A stretch of 64,000 bases of DNA from Macrostomum lignano. Lineage: Eukaryota. Positions 1 through 14,825 of the stretch are shown here, piece by piece (position 1 is the stretch's first letter; every line of letters begins with the position of its first letter). Location: positions 186,001-250,000 of the forward strand of contig NIVC01000070.1 of NCBI GenBank assembly GCA_002269645.1. The letters run 5' to 3'. The translations under genes and the position numbers were made by a program. A model generated the notes under the pieces. The model did not search any database, was not told the origin of the DNA, and worked only from the letters and a program-made list of their open reading frames with translations.

Positions 1-129
1 ATGAATATTATTGCAAAGCCAAGAATTCTACATGTGCATTCCTACATTATTTTAAGAATCAGTGTTTTCAGCGCTTATTTTGGCGTAGCAGGCATTCATC
101 CCAGCGCCATAGGAACCACAAATTTTAGC

Positions 130-3100
130 AGCGCAAGCATTCATTTTGGCGCCGCAGGCAGACACTCATTTTGGCGCCGCAGGCACTCATTTTGGCACCG
201 CAGACACTCATTTTGGCGCCTCAGACACTCATTTTGGCGCCGCAGGCACACTCATTTTGGCGCCGCAGGCAGAAATTCTTTCTAGCGCCGCAGTCACTCA
301 TTTTAGCGTCACAGGCACTCGTTTAATTAGCGCCGCAGACACTCATTTTGGCGTCGCAGGCACTCATTTTAGCGCCACAGGCACTCATTTTAGCGCCACA
401 GGCACTCATTTTAATTAGCGCCGCAGACACTCATTTTGGCGTCGCAGGCACTCATTTTAGCGCCACAGGCACTCATTTTAATTAGCGCCGCAGACACTCA
501 TTTTGGCGTCGCAGGCACTCATTTTAGCGCCACAGGCACTCATTTTAGCGCCACAGGCACTCATTTTAATTGGCGCCGCAGACACTCATTTTGGCGTCGC
601 AGGCACTCATTTTAGCGCCACAGGCACTCATTTTAATTAGCGCCGCAGACACTCATTTTGGCGCCGCAGGCACTCATTTTGGCACCGCAGACACTCATTT
701 TGGCACCGCAGACACTCATTTTGGCGCCTCAGACACTCATTTTGGCGCCGCAGGCACACTTATTTTGGCGCCGCAGGCAGAAATTCTTTCTAGCGCCGCA
801 GTCACTCATTTTAGCGCCACAGGCACTCATTTTAATTAGCACCGCAGACACTCATTTTGGCGTCGCAGGCACTCATTTTAGCGCCACAGGCACTCATTTT
901 AATTAGCGCCGCAGACACTCATTTTGGCGTCGCAGGCACTCATTTTAGCGCCACAGGCACTCATTTTAGCGCCACAGGCACTCATTTTAATTAGCGCCGC
1001 AGACACTCATTTTGGCGTCGCAGGCACTCATTTTAGCGCCACAGGCACTCATTTTAATTAGCGCCGCAGACACTCATTTTGGCGTCGCAGGCACTCATTT
1101 TAGCGCCACAGGCACTCATTTTAGCGCCACAGGCACTCATTTTAATTGGCGCCGCAGACACTCATTTTGGCGTCGCAGGCACTCATTTTAGCGCCACAGG
1201 CACTCATTTTAATTAGCGCCGCAGACACTCATTTTGGCGCCGCAGGCACTCATTTTGGCACCGCAGACACTCATTTTGGCGCCTCAGACACTCATTTTGG
1301 CGCCGCAGGCACACTTATTTTGGCGTCGCAGGCACTCATTTTAGCGCCACAGGCACTCATTTTAATTAGCGCCGCAGACACTCATTTTGGCGCCGCAGGC
1401 ACTCATTTTGGCACCGCAGACACTCATTTTGGCGCCTCAGACACTCATTTTGGCGCCGCAGGCACACTCATTTTGGCGCCGCAGGCAGAAATTCTTTCTA
1501 GCGCCGCAGTCACTCATTTTAGCGCCACAGGCACTCATTTTAATTAGCGCCGCAGACACTCATTTTGGCGTCGCAGGCACTCATTTTAGCGCCACAGGCA
1601 CTCATTTTAGCGCCACAGGCACTCATTTTAGCGCCACAGGCACTCATTTTAATTAGCGCCGCAGACACTCATTTTGGCGTCGCAGGCACTCATTTTAGCG
1701 CCACAGGCACTCATTTTAATTAGCGCCGCAGACACTCATTTTGGCACCGCAGACACTCATTTTGGCACCGCAGACACTCATTTTGGCGCCTCAGACACTC
1801 ATTTTGGCGCCGCAGGCACACTTATTTTGGCGCCGCAGGCAGAAATTCTTTCTAGCGCCGCAGTCACTCATTTTAGCGCCACAGGCACTCATTTTAATTA
1901 GCGCCGCAGACACTCATTTTGGCGTCGCAGGCACTCATTTTAGCGCCACAGGCACTCATTTTAATTAGCGCCGCAGACACTCATTTTGGCGTCGCAGGCA
2001 CTCATTTTAGCGCCACAGGCACTCATTTTAGCGCCACAGGCACTCATTTTAATTAGCGCCGCAGACACTCATTTTGGCGTCGCAGGCACTCATTTTAGCG
2101 CCACAGGCACTCATTTTAATTAGCGCCGCAGACACTCATTTTGGCGTCGCAGGCACTCATTTTAGCGCCACAGGCACTCATTTTAGCGCCACAGGCACTC
2201 ATTTTAATTGGCGCCGCAGACACTCATTTTGGCGTCGCAGGCACTCATTTTAGCGCCACAGGCACTCATTTTAATTAGCGCCGCAGACACTCATTTTGGC
2301 GCCGCAGGCACTCATTTTGGCACCGCAGACACTCATTTTGGCGCCTCAGACACTCATTTTGGCGCCGCAGGCACACTTATTTTGGCGTCGCAGGCACTCA
2401 TTTTAGCGCCACAGGCACTCATTTTAATTAGCGCCGCAGACACTCATTTTGGCGCCGCAGGCACTCATTTTGGCACCGCAGACACTCATTTTGGCGCCTC
2501 AGACACTCATTTTGGCGCCGCAGGCACACTCATTTTGGCGCCGCAGGCAGAAATTCTTTCTAGCGCCGCAGTCACTCATTTTAGCGCCACAGGCACTCAT
2601 TTTAATTAGCGCCGCAGACACTCATTTTGGCGTCGCAGGCACTCATTTTAGCGCCACAGGCACTCATTTTAGCGCCACAGGCACTCATTTTAGCGCCACA
2701 GGCACTCATTTTAATTAGCGCCGCAGACACTCATTTTGGCGTCGCAGGCACTCATTTTAGCGCCACAGGCACTCATTTTAATTAGCGCCGCAGACACTCA
2801 TTTTGGCACCGCAGACACTCATTTTGGCACCGCAGACACTCATTTTGGCGCCTCAGACACTCATTTTGGCGCCGCAGGCACACTTATTTTGGCGCCGCAG
2901 GCAGAAATTCTTTCTAGCGCCGCAGTCACTCATTTTAGCGCCACAGGCACTCATTTTAATTAGCGCCGCAGACACTCATTTTGGCGTCGCAGGCACTCAT
3001 TTTAGCGCCACAGGCACTCATTTTAATTAGCGCCGCAGACACTCATTTTGGCGTCGCAGGCACTCATTTTAGCGCCACAGGCACTCATTTTAGCGCCACA

Positions 3101-6100
3101 GGCACTCATTTTAATTAGCGCCGCAGACACTCATTTTGGCGTCGCAGGCACTCATTTTAGCGCCACAGGCACTCATTTTAATTAGCGCCGCAGACACTCA
3201 TTTTGGCGTCGCAGGCACTCATTTTAGCGCCACAGGCACTCATTTTAGCGCCACAGGCACTCATTTTAATTGGCGCCGCAGACACTCATTTTGGCGTCGC
3301 AGGCACTCATTTTAGCGCCACAGGCACTCATTTTAATTAGCGCCGCAGACACTCATTTTGGCGCCGCAGGCACTCATTTTGGCACCGCAGACACTCATTT
3401 TGGCGCCTCAGACACTCATTTTGGCGCCGCAGGCACACTTATTTTGGCGTCGCAGGCACTCATTTTAGCGCCACAGGCACTCATTTTAATTAGCGCCGCA
3501 GACACTCATTTTGGCGCCGCAGGCACTCATTTTGGCACCGCAGACACTCATTTTGGCGCCTCAGACACTCATTTTGGCGCCGCAGGCACACTCATTTTGG
3601 CGCCGCAGGCAGAAATTCTTTCTAGCGCCGCAGTCACTCATTTTAGCGCCACAGGCACTCATTTTAATTAGCGCCGCAGACACTCATTTTAGCGCCACAG
3701 GCACTCATTTTAATTAGCGCCGCAGACACTCATTTTGGCGTCGCAGGCACTCATTTTAGCGCCACAGGCACTCATTTTAATTAGCGCCGCAGACACTCAT
3801 TTTGGCGCCGCAGGCACTCATTTTGGCACCGCAGACACTCATTTTGGCGCCTCAGACACTCATTTTGGCGCCGCAGGCACACTCATTTTGGCGCCGCAGG
3901 CAGAAATTCTTTCTAGCGCCGCAGTCACTCATTTTAGCGCCACAGGCACTCATTTTAATTAGCGCCGCAGACACTCATTTTGGCGTCGCAGGCACTCATT
4001 TTAGCGCCACAGGCACTCATTTTAGCGCCACAGGCACTCATTTTAGCGCCACAGGCACTCATTTTAATTAGCGCCGCAGACACTCATTTTGGCGTCGCAG
4101 GCACTCATTTTAGCGCCACAGGCACTCATTTTAATTAGCGCCGCAGACACTCATTTTGGCACCGCAGACACTCATTTTGGCACCGCAGACACTCATTTTG
4201 GCGCCTCAGACACTCATTTTGGCGCCGCAGGCACACTTATTTTGGCGCCGCAGGCAGAAATTCTTTCTAGCGCCGCAGTCACTCATTTTAGCGCCACAGG
4301 CACTCATTTTAATTAGCGCCGCAGACACTCATTTTGGCGTCGCAGGCACTCATTTTAGCGCCACAGGCACTCATTTTAATTAGCGCCGCAGACACTCATT
4401 TTGGCGTCGCAGGCACTCATTTTAGCGCCACAGGCACTCATTTTAGCGCCACAGGCACTCATTTTAATTAGCGCCGCAGACACTCATTTTGGCGTCGCAG
4501 GCACTCATTTTAGCGCCACAGGCACTCATTTTAATTAGCGCCGCAGACACTCATTTTGGCGTCGCAGGCACTCATTTTAGCGCCACAGGCACTCATTTTA
4601 GCGCCACAGGCACTCATTTTAATTGGCGCCGCAGACACTCATTTTGGCGTCGCAGGCACTCATTTTAGCGCCACAGGCACTCATTTTAATTAGCGCCGCA
4701 GACACTCATTTTGGCGCCGCAGGCACTCATTTTGGCACCGCAGACACTCATTTTGGCGCCTCAGACACTCATTTTGGCGCCGCAGGCACACTTATTTTGG
4801 CGTCGCAGGCACTCATTTTAGCGCCACAGGCACTCATTTTAATTAGCGCCGCAGACACTCATTTTGGCGCCGCAGGCACTCATTTTGGCACCGCAGACAC
4901 TCATTTTGGCGCCTCAGACACTCATTTTGGCGCCGCAGGCACACTCATTTTGGCGCCGCAGGCAGAAATTCTTTCTAGCGCCGCAGTCACTCATTTTAGC
5001 GCCACAGGCACTCATTTTAATTAGCGCCGCAGACACTCATTTTAGCGCCACAGGCACTCATTTTAATTAGCGCCGCAGACACTCATTTTGGCGTCGCAGG
5101 CACTCATTTTAGCGCCACAGGCACTCATTTTAATTAGCGCCGCAGACACTCATTTTGGCGCCGCAGGCACTCATTTTGGCACCGCTGACACTCATTTTGG
5201 CGCCTCAGACACTCATTTTGGCGCCGCAGGCACACTCATTTTGGCGCCGCAGGCAGAAATTCTTTCTAGCGCCGCAGTCACTCATTTTAGCGCCACAGGC
5301 ACTCATTTTAATTAGCGCCGCAGACACTCATTTTGGCGTCGCAGGCACTCATTTTAGCGCCACAGGCACTCATTTTAGCGCCACAGGCACTCATTTTAGC
5401 GCCACAGGCACTCATTTTAGCGCCACAGGCACTCATTTTAATTAGCGCCACAGACACTCATTTTGGCGTCGCAGGCACTCATTTTAGCGCCACAGGCACT
5501 CATTTTAATTAGCGCCGCAGACACTCATTTTGGCGCCGCAGGCACTCATTTTGGCACCGCAGACACTCATTTTGGCGCCTCAGACACTCATTTTGGCGCC
5601 GCAGGCACACTCATTTTGGCGCCGCAGGCAGAAATTCTTTCTAGCGCCGAAGTCACTCATTTTAGCGCCACAGGCACTCATTTTAATTAGCGCCGCAGAC
5701 ACTCATTTTAGCGCCGCAGGCACTCATTTTAGCGCCACAGGCACTCATTTTAGCGCCACAGGCACTCATTTTAATTAGCGCCGCAGACACTCATTTTGGC
5801 GTCGCAGGCACTCATTTTAGCGCCACAGGCACTCATTTTAATTGGCGCCGCAGACACACATTTTGGCGTCGCAGGCACTCATTTTAGCGCCACAGGCACT
5901 CATTTTAGCGCCACAGGCACTCATTTTAATTGGCGCCGCAGACACTCATTTTGGCGTCGCAGGCACTCATTTTAGCGCCACAGGCACTCATTTTAATTAG
6001 CGCCGCAGACACTCATTTTGGCGCCGCAGGCACTCATTTTGGCACCGCAGACACTCATTTTGGCGCCTCAGACACTCATTTTGGCGCCGCAGGCACACTT

Positions 6101-9100
6101 ATTTTGGCGCCGCAGGCAGAAATTCTTTCTAGCGCCGCAGTCACTCATTTTAGCGCCACAGGCACTCATTTTAATTAGCGCCGCAGACACTCATTTTGGC
6201 GTCGCAGGCACTCATTTTAGCGCCACAGGCACTCATTTTAATTAGCGCCGCAGACACTCATTTTTGCGCCGCAGACACTCATTTTGGCGTTGCAGGCACT
6301 CATTTTAGCGCCACAGGCACTCATTTTAGCGCCACAGGCACTCATTCTAATTGGCGCCGCAGACACTCATTTTGGCGTCACAGGCACTCATTTTGGCGCC
6401 ACAGGCACTCATTTTAGCGCCACAGGCACTCATTTTAATTGGCGCCGCAGACACTCATTTTGGCGTCGCAGGCACTCATTTTAGCGCCACAGGCACTCAT
6501 TTTAATTAGCGCTGCAGACACTCATTTTGGCGCCGCAGGCACTCATTTTGGCACCGCTGACACTCATTTTGGCGCCTCAGACACTCATTTTGGCGCCGCA
6601 GGCACACTCATTTTGGCGCCGCAGGCAGAAATTCTTTCTAGCGCCGCAGTCACTCATTTTAGCGCCACAGGCACTCATTTTAATTAGCGCCGCAGACACT
6701 CATTTTGGCGTCGCAGGCACTCATTTTAGCGCCACAGGCACTCATTTTAGCGCCACAGGCACTCATTTTAGCGCCACAGGCACTCATTTTAATTAGCGCC
6801 GCAGACACTCATTTTGGCGTCGCAGGCACTCATTTTAGCGCCACAGGCACTCATTTTAATTAGCGCCGCAGACACTCATTTTGGCGCCGCAGGCACTCAT
6901 TTTGGCACCGCAGACACTCATTTTGGCGCCTCAGACACTCATTTTGGCGCCGCAGGCACACTCATTTTGGCGCCGCAGGCAGAAATTCTTTCTAGCGCCG
7001 CAGTCACTCATTTTAGCGTCACAGGCACTCGTTTAATTAGCGCCGCAGACACTCATTTTGGCGTCGCAGGCACTCATTTTAGCGCCACAGGCACTCATTT
7101 TAGCGCCACAGGCACTCATTTTAATTAGCGCCGCAGACACTCATTTTGGCGTCGCAGGCACTCATTTTAGCGCCACAGGCACTCATTTTAGCGCCACAGG
7201 CACTCATTTTAGCGCCACAGGCACTCATTTTAATTAGCGCCGCAGACACTCATTTTGGCGTCGCAGGCACTCATTTTAGCGCCACAGGCACTCATTTTAA
7301 TTAGCGCCGCAGACACTCATTTTGGCGCCGCAGGCACTCATTTTGGCACCGCAGACACTCATTTTGGCGCCTCAGACACTCATTTTGGCGCCGCAGGCAC
7401 ACTCATTTTGGCGCCGCAGGCAGAAATTCTTTCTAGCGCCGAAGTCACTCATTTTAGCGCCACAGGCACTCATTTTAATTAGCGCCGCAGACACTCATTT
7501 TGGCGTCGCAGGCACTCATTTTAGCGCCACAGGCACTCATTTTAATTAGCGCCGCAGACACTCATTTTGGCGCCGCAGGCACTCATTTTGGCACCGCAGA
7601 CACTCATTTTGGCGCCTCAGACACTCATTTTGGCGCCGCAGGCACACTTATTTTGGCGCCGCAGGCAGAAATTCTTTCTAGCGCCGCAGTCACTCATTTT
7701 AGCGCCACAGGCACTCATTTTAATTAGCGCCGCAGACACTCATTTTGGCGTCGCAGGCACTCATTTTAGCGCCACAGGCACTCATTTTAATTAGCGCCGC
7801 AGACACTCATTTTTGCGCCGCAGACACTCATTTTGGCGTTGCAGGCACTCATTTTAGCGCCACAGGCACTCATTTTAGCGCCACAGGCACTCATTCTAAT
7901 TGGCGCCGCAGACACTCATTTTGGCGTCACAGGCACTCATTTTGGCGCCACAGGCACTCATTTTAGCGCCACAGGCACTCATTTTAATTGGCGCCGCAGA
8001 CACTCATTTTGGCGTCGCAGGCACTCATTTTAGCGCCACAGGCACTCATTTTAATTAGCGCTGCAGACACTCATTTTGGCGCCGCAGGCACTCATTTTGG
8101 CACCGCTGACACTCATTTTGGCGCCTCAGACACTCATTTTGGCGCCGCAGGCACACTCATTTTGGCGCCGCAGGCAGAAATTCTTTCTAGCGCCGCAGTC
8201 ACTCATTTTAGCGCCACAGGCACTCATTTTAATTAGCGCCGCAGACACTCATTTTGGCGTCGCAGGCACTCATTTTAGCGCCACAGGCACTCATTTTAGC
8301 GCCACAGGCACTCATTTTAGCGCCACAGGCACTCATTTTAATTAGCGCCGCAGACACTCATTTTGGCGTCGCAGGCACTCATTTTAGCGCCACAGGCACT
8401 CATTTTAATTAGCGCCGCAGACACTCATTTTGGCGCCGCAGGCACTCATTTTGGCACCGCAGACACTCATTTTGGCGCCTCAGACACTCATTTTGGCGCC
8501 GCAGGCACACTCATTTTGGCGCCGCAGGCAGAAATTCTTTCTAGCGCCGCAGTCACTCATTTTAGCGTCACAGGCACTCGTTTAATTAGCGCCGCAGACA
8601 CTCATTTTGGCGTCGCAGGCACTCATTTTAGCGCCACAGGCACTCATTTTAGCGCCACAGGCACTCATTTTAATTAGCGCCGCAGACACTCATTTTGGCG
8701 TCGCAGGCACTCATTTTAGCGCCACAGGCACTCATTTTAGCGCCACAGGCACTCATTTTAGCGCCACAGGCACTCATTTTAATTAGCGCCGCAGACACTC
8801 ATTTTGGCGTCGCAGGCACTCATTTTAGCGCCACAGGCACTCATTTTAATTAGCGCCGCAGACACTCATTTTGGCGCCGCAGGCACTCATTTTGGCACCG
8901 CAGACACTCATTTTGGCGCCTCAGACACTCATTTTGGCGCCGCAGGCACACTCATTTTGGCGCCGCAGGCAGAAATTCTTTCTAGCGCCGAAGTCACTCA
9001 TTTTAGCGCCACAGGCACTCATTTTAATTAGCGCCGCAGACACTCATTTTGGCGTCGCAGGCACTCATTTTAGCGCCACAGGCACTCATTTTAATTAGCG

Positions 9101-9745
9101 CCGCAGACACTCATTTTGGCGCCGCAGGCACTCATTTTGGCACCGCAGACACTCATTTTGGCGCCTCAGACACTCATTTTGGCGCCGCAGGCACACTCAT
9201 TTTGGCGCCGCAGGCAGAAATTCTTTCTAGCGCCGAAGTCACTCATTTTAGCGCCACAGGCACTCATTTTAATTAGCGCCGCAGACACTCATTTTGGCGT
9301 CGCAGGCACTCATTTTAGCGCCACAGGCACTCATTTTAATTAGCGCCGCAGACACTCATTTTGGCGCCGCAGGCACTCATTTTGGCACCGCAGACACTCA
9401 TTTTGGCGCCTCAGACACTCATTTTGGCGCCGCAGGCACACTCATTTTGGCGCCGCAGGCAGAAATTCTTTCTAGCGCCGAAGTCACTCATTTTAGCGCC
9501 ACAGGCACTCATTTTAATTAGCGCCGCAGACACTCATTTTGGCGTCGCAGGCACTCATTTTAGCGCCACAGGCACTCATTTTAGCGCCACAGGCACTCAT
9601 TTTAATTAGCGCCGCAGACACTCATTTTGGCGTCGCAGGCACTCATTTTAGCGCCACAGGCACTCATTTAGGTGCAGGCACTCATTTTAGCGCCACAGGC
9701 ACTCATTTAGGCGCAGGCACTACTTGTAGCGCCACAGAAACTCAT
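130..9745. repeat. Satellite array, ~21-nt monomer (GCGCCRCAGRCACTCATTTTR) with higher-order repeats
   Basis: Continuous tandem variants of gcgccacaggcactcatttta / gcgccgcagacactcattttg. Identical translated blocks recur at 1062, 1353, 1549 and 245 bp spacing in the ORF track. Monomers are degenerate at both edges. Confidence 0.97.
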
Positions 9746-11619
9746 TTTGGTCTTACACGTACTTAGTTTTATTATTAATGCGGCAGAATTGCAGGCACTA
9801 TATTTTTCGCCGAAGGAATATTATTGATTTCAATATTGGGTCACACGGTTGGGTGGTGAGGCCGTATAGCTTTTACAAGGGAAAGATGTACCCTCTGTTG
9901 GCGACGCCCTGGATTCACAGCGAAAGCAGAGTAAATGATTATTGCAAAGCTGAGAAAAAGAGTTCTTGAACTGGCTGAGAAGCGACAACAATAGGGAGAA
10001 CCAAGACAAAGCGAAAGTGCAAACGAAAGAGAGCCAAACTAAAAATCTGAGCGAGAAAGAGACGAAAGGGAAAATTCCTTGAGAAAGTGAGCTTTACTGT
10101 TATATGATTAGCATAATATTAAAATATTAGTAGCTGCTTGAATATTGTTTAACTATTAAATTGTTTAATCAATGAATTGCTGTACTTGTTTAAAACTATA
10201 CGGGTCTCCCTAAAACACGCCCCGCACCGCCCTGCAGCGCTACACATTAAAACAAATTGGACTATAACTGAAGACACTTTAAAATGCATTTTCTGTTAAA
10301 ATTCAAAGTTTTATTAAATTCAGTTTCTTTACTATAAAATATAAAATTCGGTGAATAATAAGTGATAATAATAATAATATTAATAAAATAATAAGAATAT
10401 AATTTAATCACTAGTCGATTTAAGTCGGAATTTCGTGGGGTTTGCTGCATTCGATGCGTATTGATGGTGCGCTGGTACACAAAATTTTGCTAAGAAATTG
10501 CTTTAATTTTTAGGGATTAAATATTCAAAAAACTCGATTTTTGCCCCGTTTTTTAAGTTTAAACAGTTTTTTCCGATTGAGAAGCATTCTGACTGCCGAT
10601 GGAATTGTATTGCATCATAACTCAGTGCCAACTATAGCATTGGTTCTCTTCACTGGCGTGGAGAGCTACAAGCGTTGAAAGGTTGCGCAACAAATTTTAG
10701 CTATTGAAATTGAGGGGCGGGTGTTGCTATTCAATTAGTCCTGGGCATTGGCTTGGTTGTTAATTTCAATGCATCAACTTGCAGGCCTCTTACTGTAGCT
10801 AGCGCTGAATGTACACCTTTATGAATTTGACTGCTTTAAAGCAGGAATATCAAACCGTTGTTTGTGCTTCAAGTTTTTCACTTTCAGAAGAGAGCCTTGT
10901 ATTGCTGGAAAGAGCTAGAAACGCTGAGTTCGGGAATATAACTTGTTTGCTGAGATTCGAAAAATTAAAAGCACAGCATTAAAAAGAAGATTTCTATGCA
11001 TTTTACTATATATACTCATTGTACGCTCTCCCATAACGCAAACCCCTACTTTATCGCAACTCCACAATTCAAGCCAGCGCCATTGGATTTCAATTTAGAT
11101 TGCGTAACCACATTGTTGACTTTAATTGTTGACTTTATTAATTAAAACTAATATTGACTGCCTGAGAAATTGATTATGTCATAACTTGCTTCGAGTGATT
11201 TCTACTCTATGCTTGGAGTTTTCAGTGTTGAATTATACGCTCGTATAAGTGCATGCTACAATTCATGGTATCAAAATGATGAGAGCTAGCCTAGAGGTGA
11301 ACAGACTGAACTACTAATGCAGCGAAGTGGGTTCGAATTTTCAGAGTGTAAAAGTTTGTTATTAACAATTTTAATTTCAAGACAGTTAAAGGAAACTTTA
11401 AAAAGCGTCAGGTAAATCAGGTAAAAGAGAAGAAGCTACGAGCGTTCATGTAATATATTAAATTTTTTTTATTAAACTTTAAATTTTGAAAAGGATTATT
11501 GCACTAGATAAGAAATTAATTATTGTACTAGCTGGGGAAATTGTTTTACTATCTCGCTTGGGGTACTTTCTATCAGGGGATGCTTGTTCTTGGTTGATGC
11601 TTGCTCGGGGGAGATTGCT

Positions 11620-14600
11620 AAGATGTCAGGACTCACTGGGGAATCACTGAGATATAAATGCTTATAGGGGGAATTACTGAGATGTCAAGGCATGGGGGAA
11701 TCGCTGAGATGTCAAGACTTACTGGGGGAATTACTGAGATATAAAGGCTTACTGAGGGAATTACTGATATGCCAAGGCTTAAGGGGGAATTTATGAGACG
11801 TCAAGTCTTTGGGCGGGAATTCCTGAAATTTCAACTTTTGAGAGCGAATTGCTTAGATGTCAAAGCTTAAGAGAGAATTACTGAGGTGTCAAGGCTTGCG
11901 CCGGAATTTCTGAGATGTCAAGTCTTGGGGGAGGGGGAATTCTATGGATTGGGGATTCTTTCCATGAGGGCTGCTTCTAATGGATATCTTTAGATAGGCG
12001 ATTCATTGCTAAATTCCTTCGATGGGGGATTCTTTGGATGGATGGTTCTTTGAATGGGGGATTCTTTAGATGAAGGATTCTTTCGATAAAGGGATCCTTT
12101 GGATATGGGATTATTTGGACGGGGATTCTTTAGATGAGGGGATTCTTTGGCGTAGGATTCTATTGATGGGGGGGATTATTTGAGTGGGAGAGTCTTTGGA
12201 TTCTTTTGATGGAGATTCTGTGGATGCGGATTTTTGGATGGGGATTATTTGGAGTCGGATTCTTTGGATTATTTGGACGGGGTTCTTTAGATGAGGGGAT
12301 TCTTTGGCCAATGATTCTTTTGATGGAGGTTTATTTGGATGAGAGAATATTTGCATTATTTTGATTAGGATTCTTAGGGGGGGATTTTTTGGATATGGAT
12401 GGAAGTCGGGGATTCTTTGGATAGGGGATTCTGTCGATGGGGGATTCCTTGAATAGGGGATTCATTGGATGGGGAATTCTTCGGATCGGGGATTCTGTCG
12501 GAGGGGGTTCTTTGGATGGGGATTCTCTGCATGTAAGATTCTATGGATGGGCAATTCTTCAGATAGGAGGATTCCTTGATTGGGGAATTTTTCGGATTGG
12601 GGATTTTATCGATGGGAGGTTTTTGGATGAGGGGTCTTTGCATGTGAGATTTTTTGTACGAGTATCGTGGATGCTATGGGTGGTGAATGGGGGCCGTAGC
12701 CCAGCGGTAGCGCAGCTGCTCTGGTGTGCCAGCGACCCAGGCTCGATTCCAAGTGCAGTCACATTAATTTGGGGCTGAATTGGAATCTCGGCTTGGCTCT
12801 GCTCGTGCAATTAACGGCCTTGAGAGCCAACCCCCCAAGGCGCAGTGAAGTGTACATGCCTAACGATAATATAAAGTTAGGGCTGCTGTACACTCCTGTG
12901 TGAGTGTGTGCCTGCGTACGTATCCGAGCGCTTGTGTGCCTGCTCAGGGGAGTCGGCGAAATGGGCAGTAATGCCTCTCGCCGGTTGTGTTCCTAGGTCG
13001 CTTAAAGTGCGCCAGGGTGCACACAACCCCCTGCCTCTAATAAAAAAATGGGTGGTGTGGTGATTCTTTGGATGGGGGATTCTTTGGATGGGGGATTCTT
13101 TGGATGGGGATTCTTTGGATGGGGGATTCTTTGGATGGGGATTCTTTGGATGGGGGATTCTTTGGATGGGGGATTCTTTAGATGGGGGGTTCTTTGGATT
13201 GGGGATTCTTTGGATAGGGGATTCTTTGGATGGGGGATTCTTTTGATGGGGGATTCTTTGGATGGGGGGTTCTTTATATGGGAGATTCAGTTGGGTGAAA
13301 TTTTATTGCGTGGGAAAACTGTGGTTGGAGTTTGGACGAATAGCCCCAACGGGGGTTGGAATTGGCTAGCTGAGGAAATTGTTTCACTTATCTTGCTGGG
13401 GGTACTTTCTATCAGAAGATGCTTGCTATCAGAAGGACGCTTGCTCTTAGGGGATGCTTGCTCGGAAGAGAATTCTAAGATGTCAAGATTTACAGGGGGA
13501 ATTATTGAGAAACATGTATAAAATCTTACCTAGGGGAATTAATGAGATGTGAAGGCTTAGGGGTAAACTGCTGAGATGTCAAATCGTGTCGGGGAATTGC
13601 TGAGATGCCAAGGCTTAAGAGGGACTTGCTCACATGTCAAAGCTTGGGAGGAATTGCTAAGATGTCAAGGCTCAAGAGGGAGTTCCTGATATGTCAAATC
13701 TTGGGAAGGAGAATTACTCAGATGTCAAGGCTAGGGGGAATTTCTGAAATGTCAAGGCTTGGGGGAATTGCTGAGATGTGAAGGCTTAAGAAGGAATTGC
13801 TGAAGTGTCAAGTCTTGGGGAGGGGAATCGCTGAGATGCCAAGGCTTTGGGCGGGGAGAAATTGCTAAGATGTCAAGACTTACTGGAGGAATTACTGAGA
13901 TATGAAGGCTTACTAGGGGAGTTACTGAGATATGAAGGCTTACTGGGGGAATTACTGAGATGTCAAGGCTTAGGGAGTGGAATTACTGAGATGTCAAGGC
14001 TTTGGACGGGGAGAAATTGGTAAGATGTCAAGGCTTTGGACGGGGAGAAATTGCTGAGATGTCAATGCTTCGGGTAAATTTCTGAGGTGTCGAGTCTTGG
14101 GGGGATTTCTATGGATTGATGATTTTTTGGGTGAGGGATGCTTCTAATGGATATCTTTGGATTGGTGATTCATTGGGGAATTCCTTCGATAGGGCATTGT
14201 TTCGATGGAGGGTTTTTTGAATGGGGGATTATTTAGATGAAGGATTCTTTAGATGAGGGTTATTTTCACAGGGGTTCTTTAGATGAGGGAATTCTTTGGC
14301 CATGAATTCTATTGATAGGGGGATTATTTGGATGGGAGATTCTTTGGATTCTTTGGATGGGGATTATTTAGACGGGGTTCTGTTGACGAGGGAATTATTT
14401 GGTCAATTTTGTTTGATGGGGGATTATTTAGATGGGAGATCTATGGATTATTTGGATGGGATTCTGTGGATGGGGATTATAATGTGAATTATTTGGATGG
14501 GGATTCTTTGGTGGGGGATTCATTGGATATGGATGGATGGGGGATTCTTTAGATAGGAATAGATGGGGAAATTTTTTTGATAGGGATGGATGGGGGGATT

Positions 14601-14825
14601 CTTTGGATAGGGATGGATGGAGGATTCTTTGGATGGGGATTCTTCAGATAAGGGACTTCTGTAGACGGGGATTTCTTGAGTAAGGGATTCATTGGATGGG
14701 AAATTCTTCAGATGGGAGGATTCCTTGAATGGGGAATTCTTCGGATCAATGATTCTATCGATGGGGGTTCTTTGGATGGGGGATTCTTTGCATGTGAGAT
14801 TCTTTGCATCGGGGATTTTGTGGAT
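11620..14825. repeat. Interleaved G-rich minisatellites: ~30-nt GGGGAATT(G/A)CTGAGATGTCAAGGCTT (11620-11935, 13480-14100) and 15-nt GGGGATTCTTTGGAT (11940-12650, 13060-13290, 14105-14825)
   Basis: Direct tandem units read in the sequence. Confidence 0.9.
12686..13047 (+). mobile_element. tRNA-derived SINE with 10-bp TSD
   Basis: Head has A-box TAGCCCAGCGG and B-box GGCTCGATTCC; tail aataaaaaa. Flanked by ATGGGTGGTG at 12676-12685 and 13048-13057. Absent from the duplicated copy of this region at ~14.1-14.8 kb. Confidence 0.8.

Noticed and set aside
1-9766. Dozens of ORFs (MAPQALIL..., GTHF repeats) and a CRISPR-like look
   Set aside because: These are products of a 21-nt period. There are no unique spacers and no cas genes, and the context is eukaryotic.
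12690-12762. Functional tRNA gene
   Set aside because: A and B boxes are present but I could not fold a convincing cloverleaf. The TSD, body and tail indicate a SINE.
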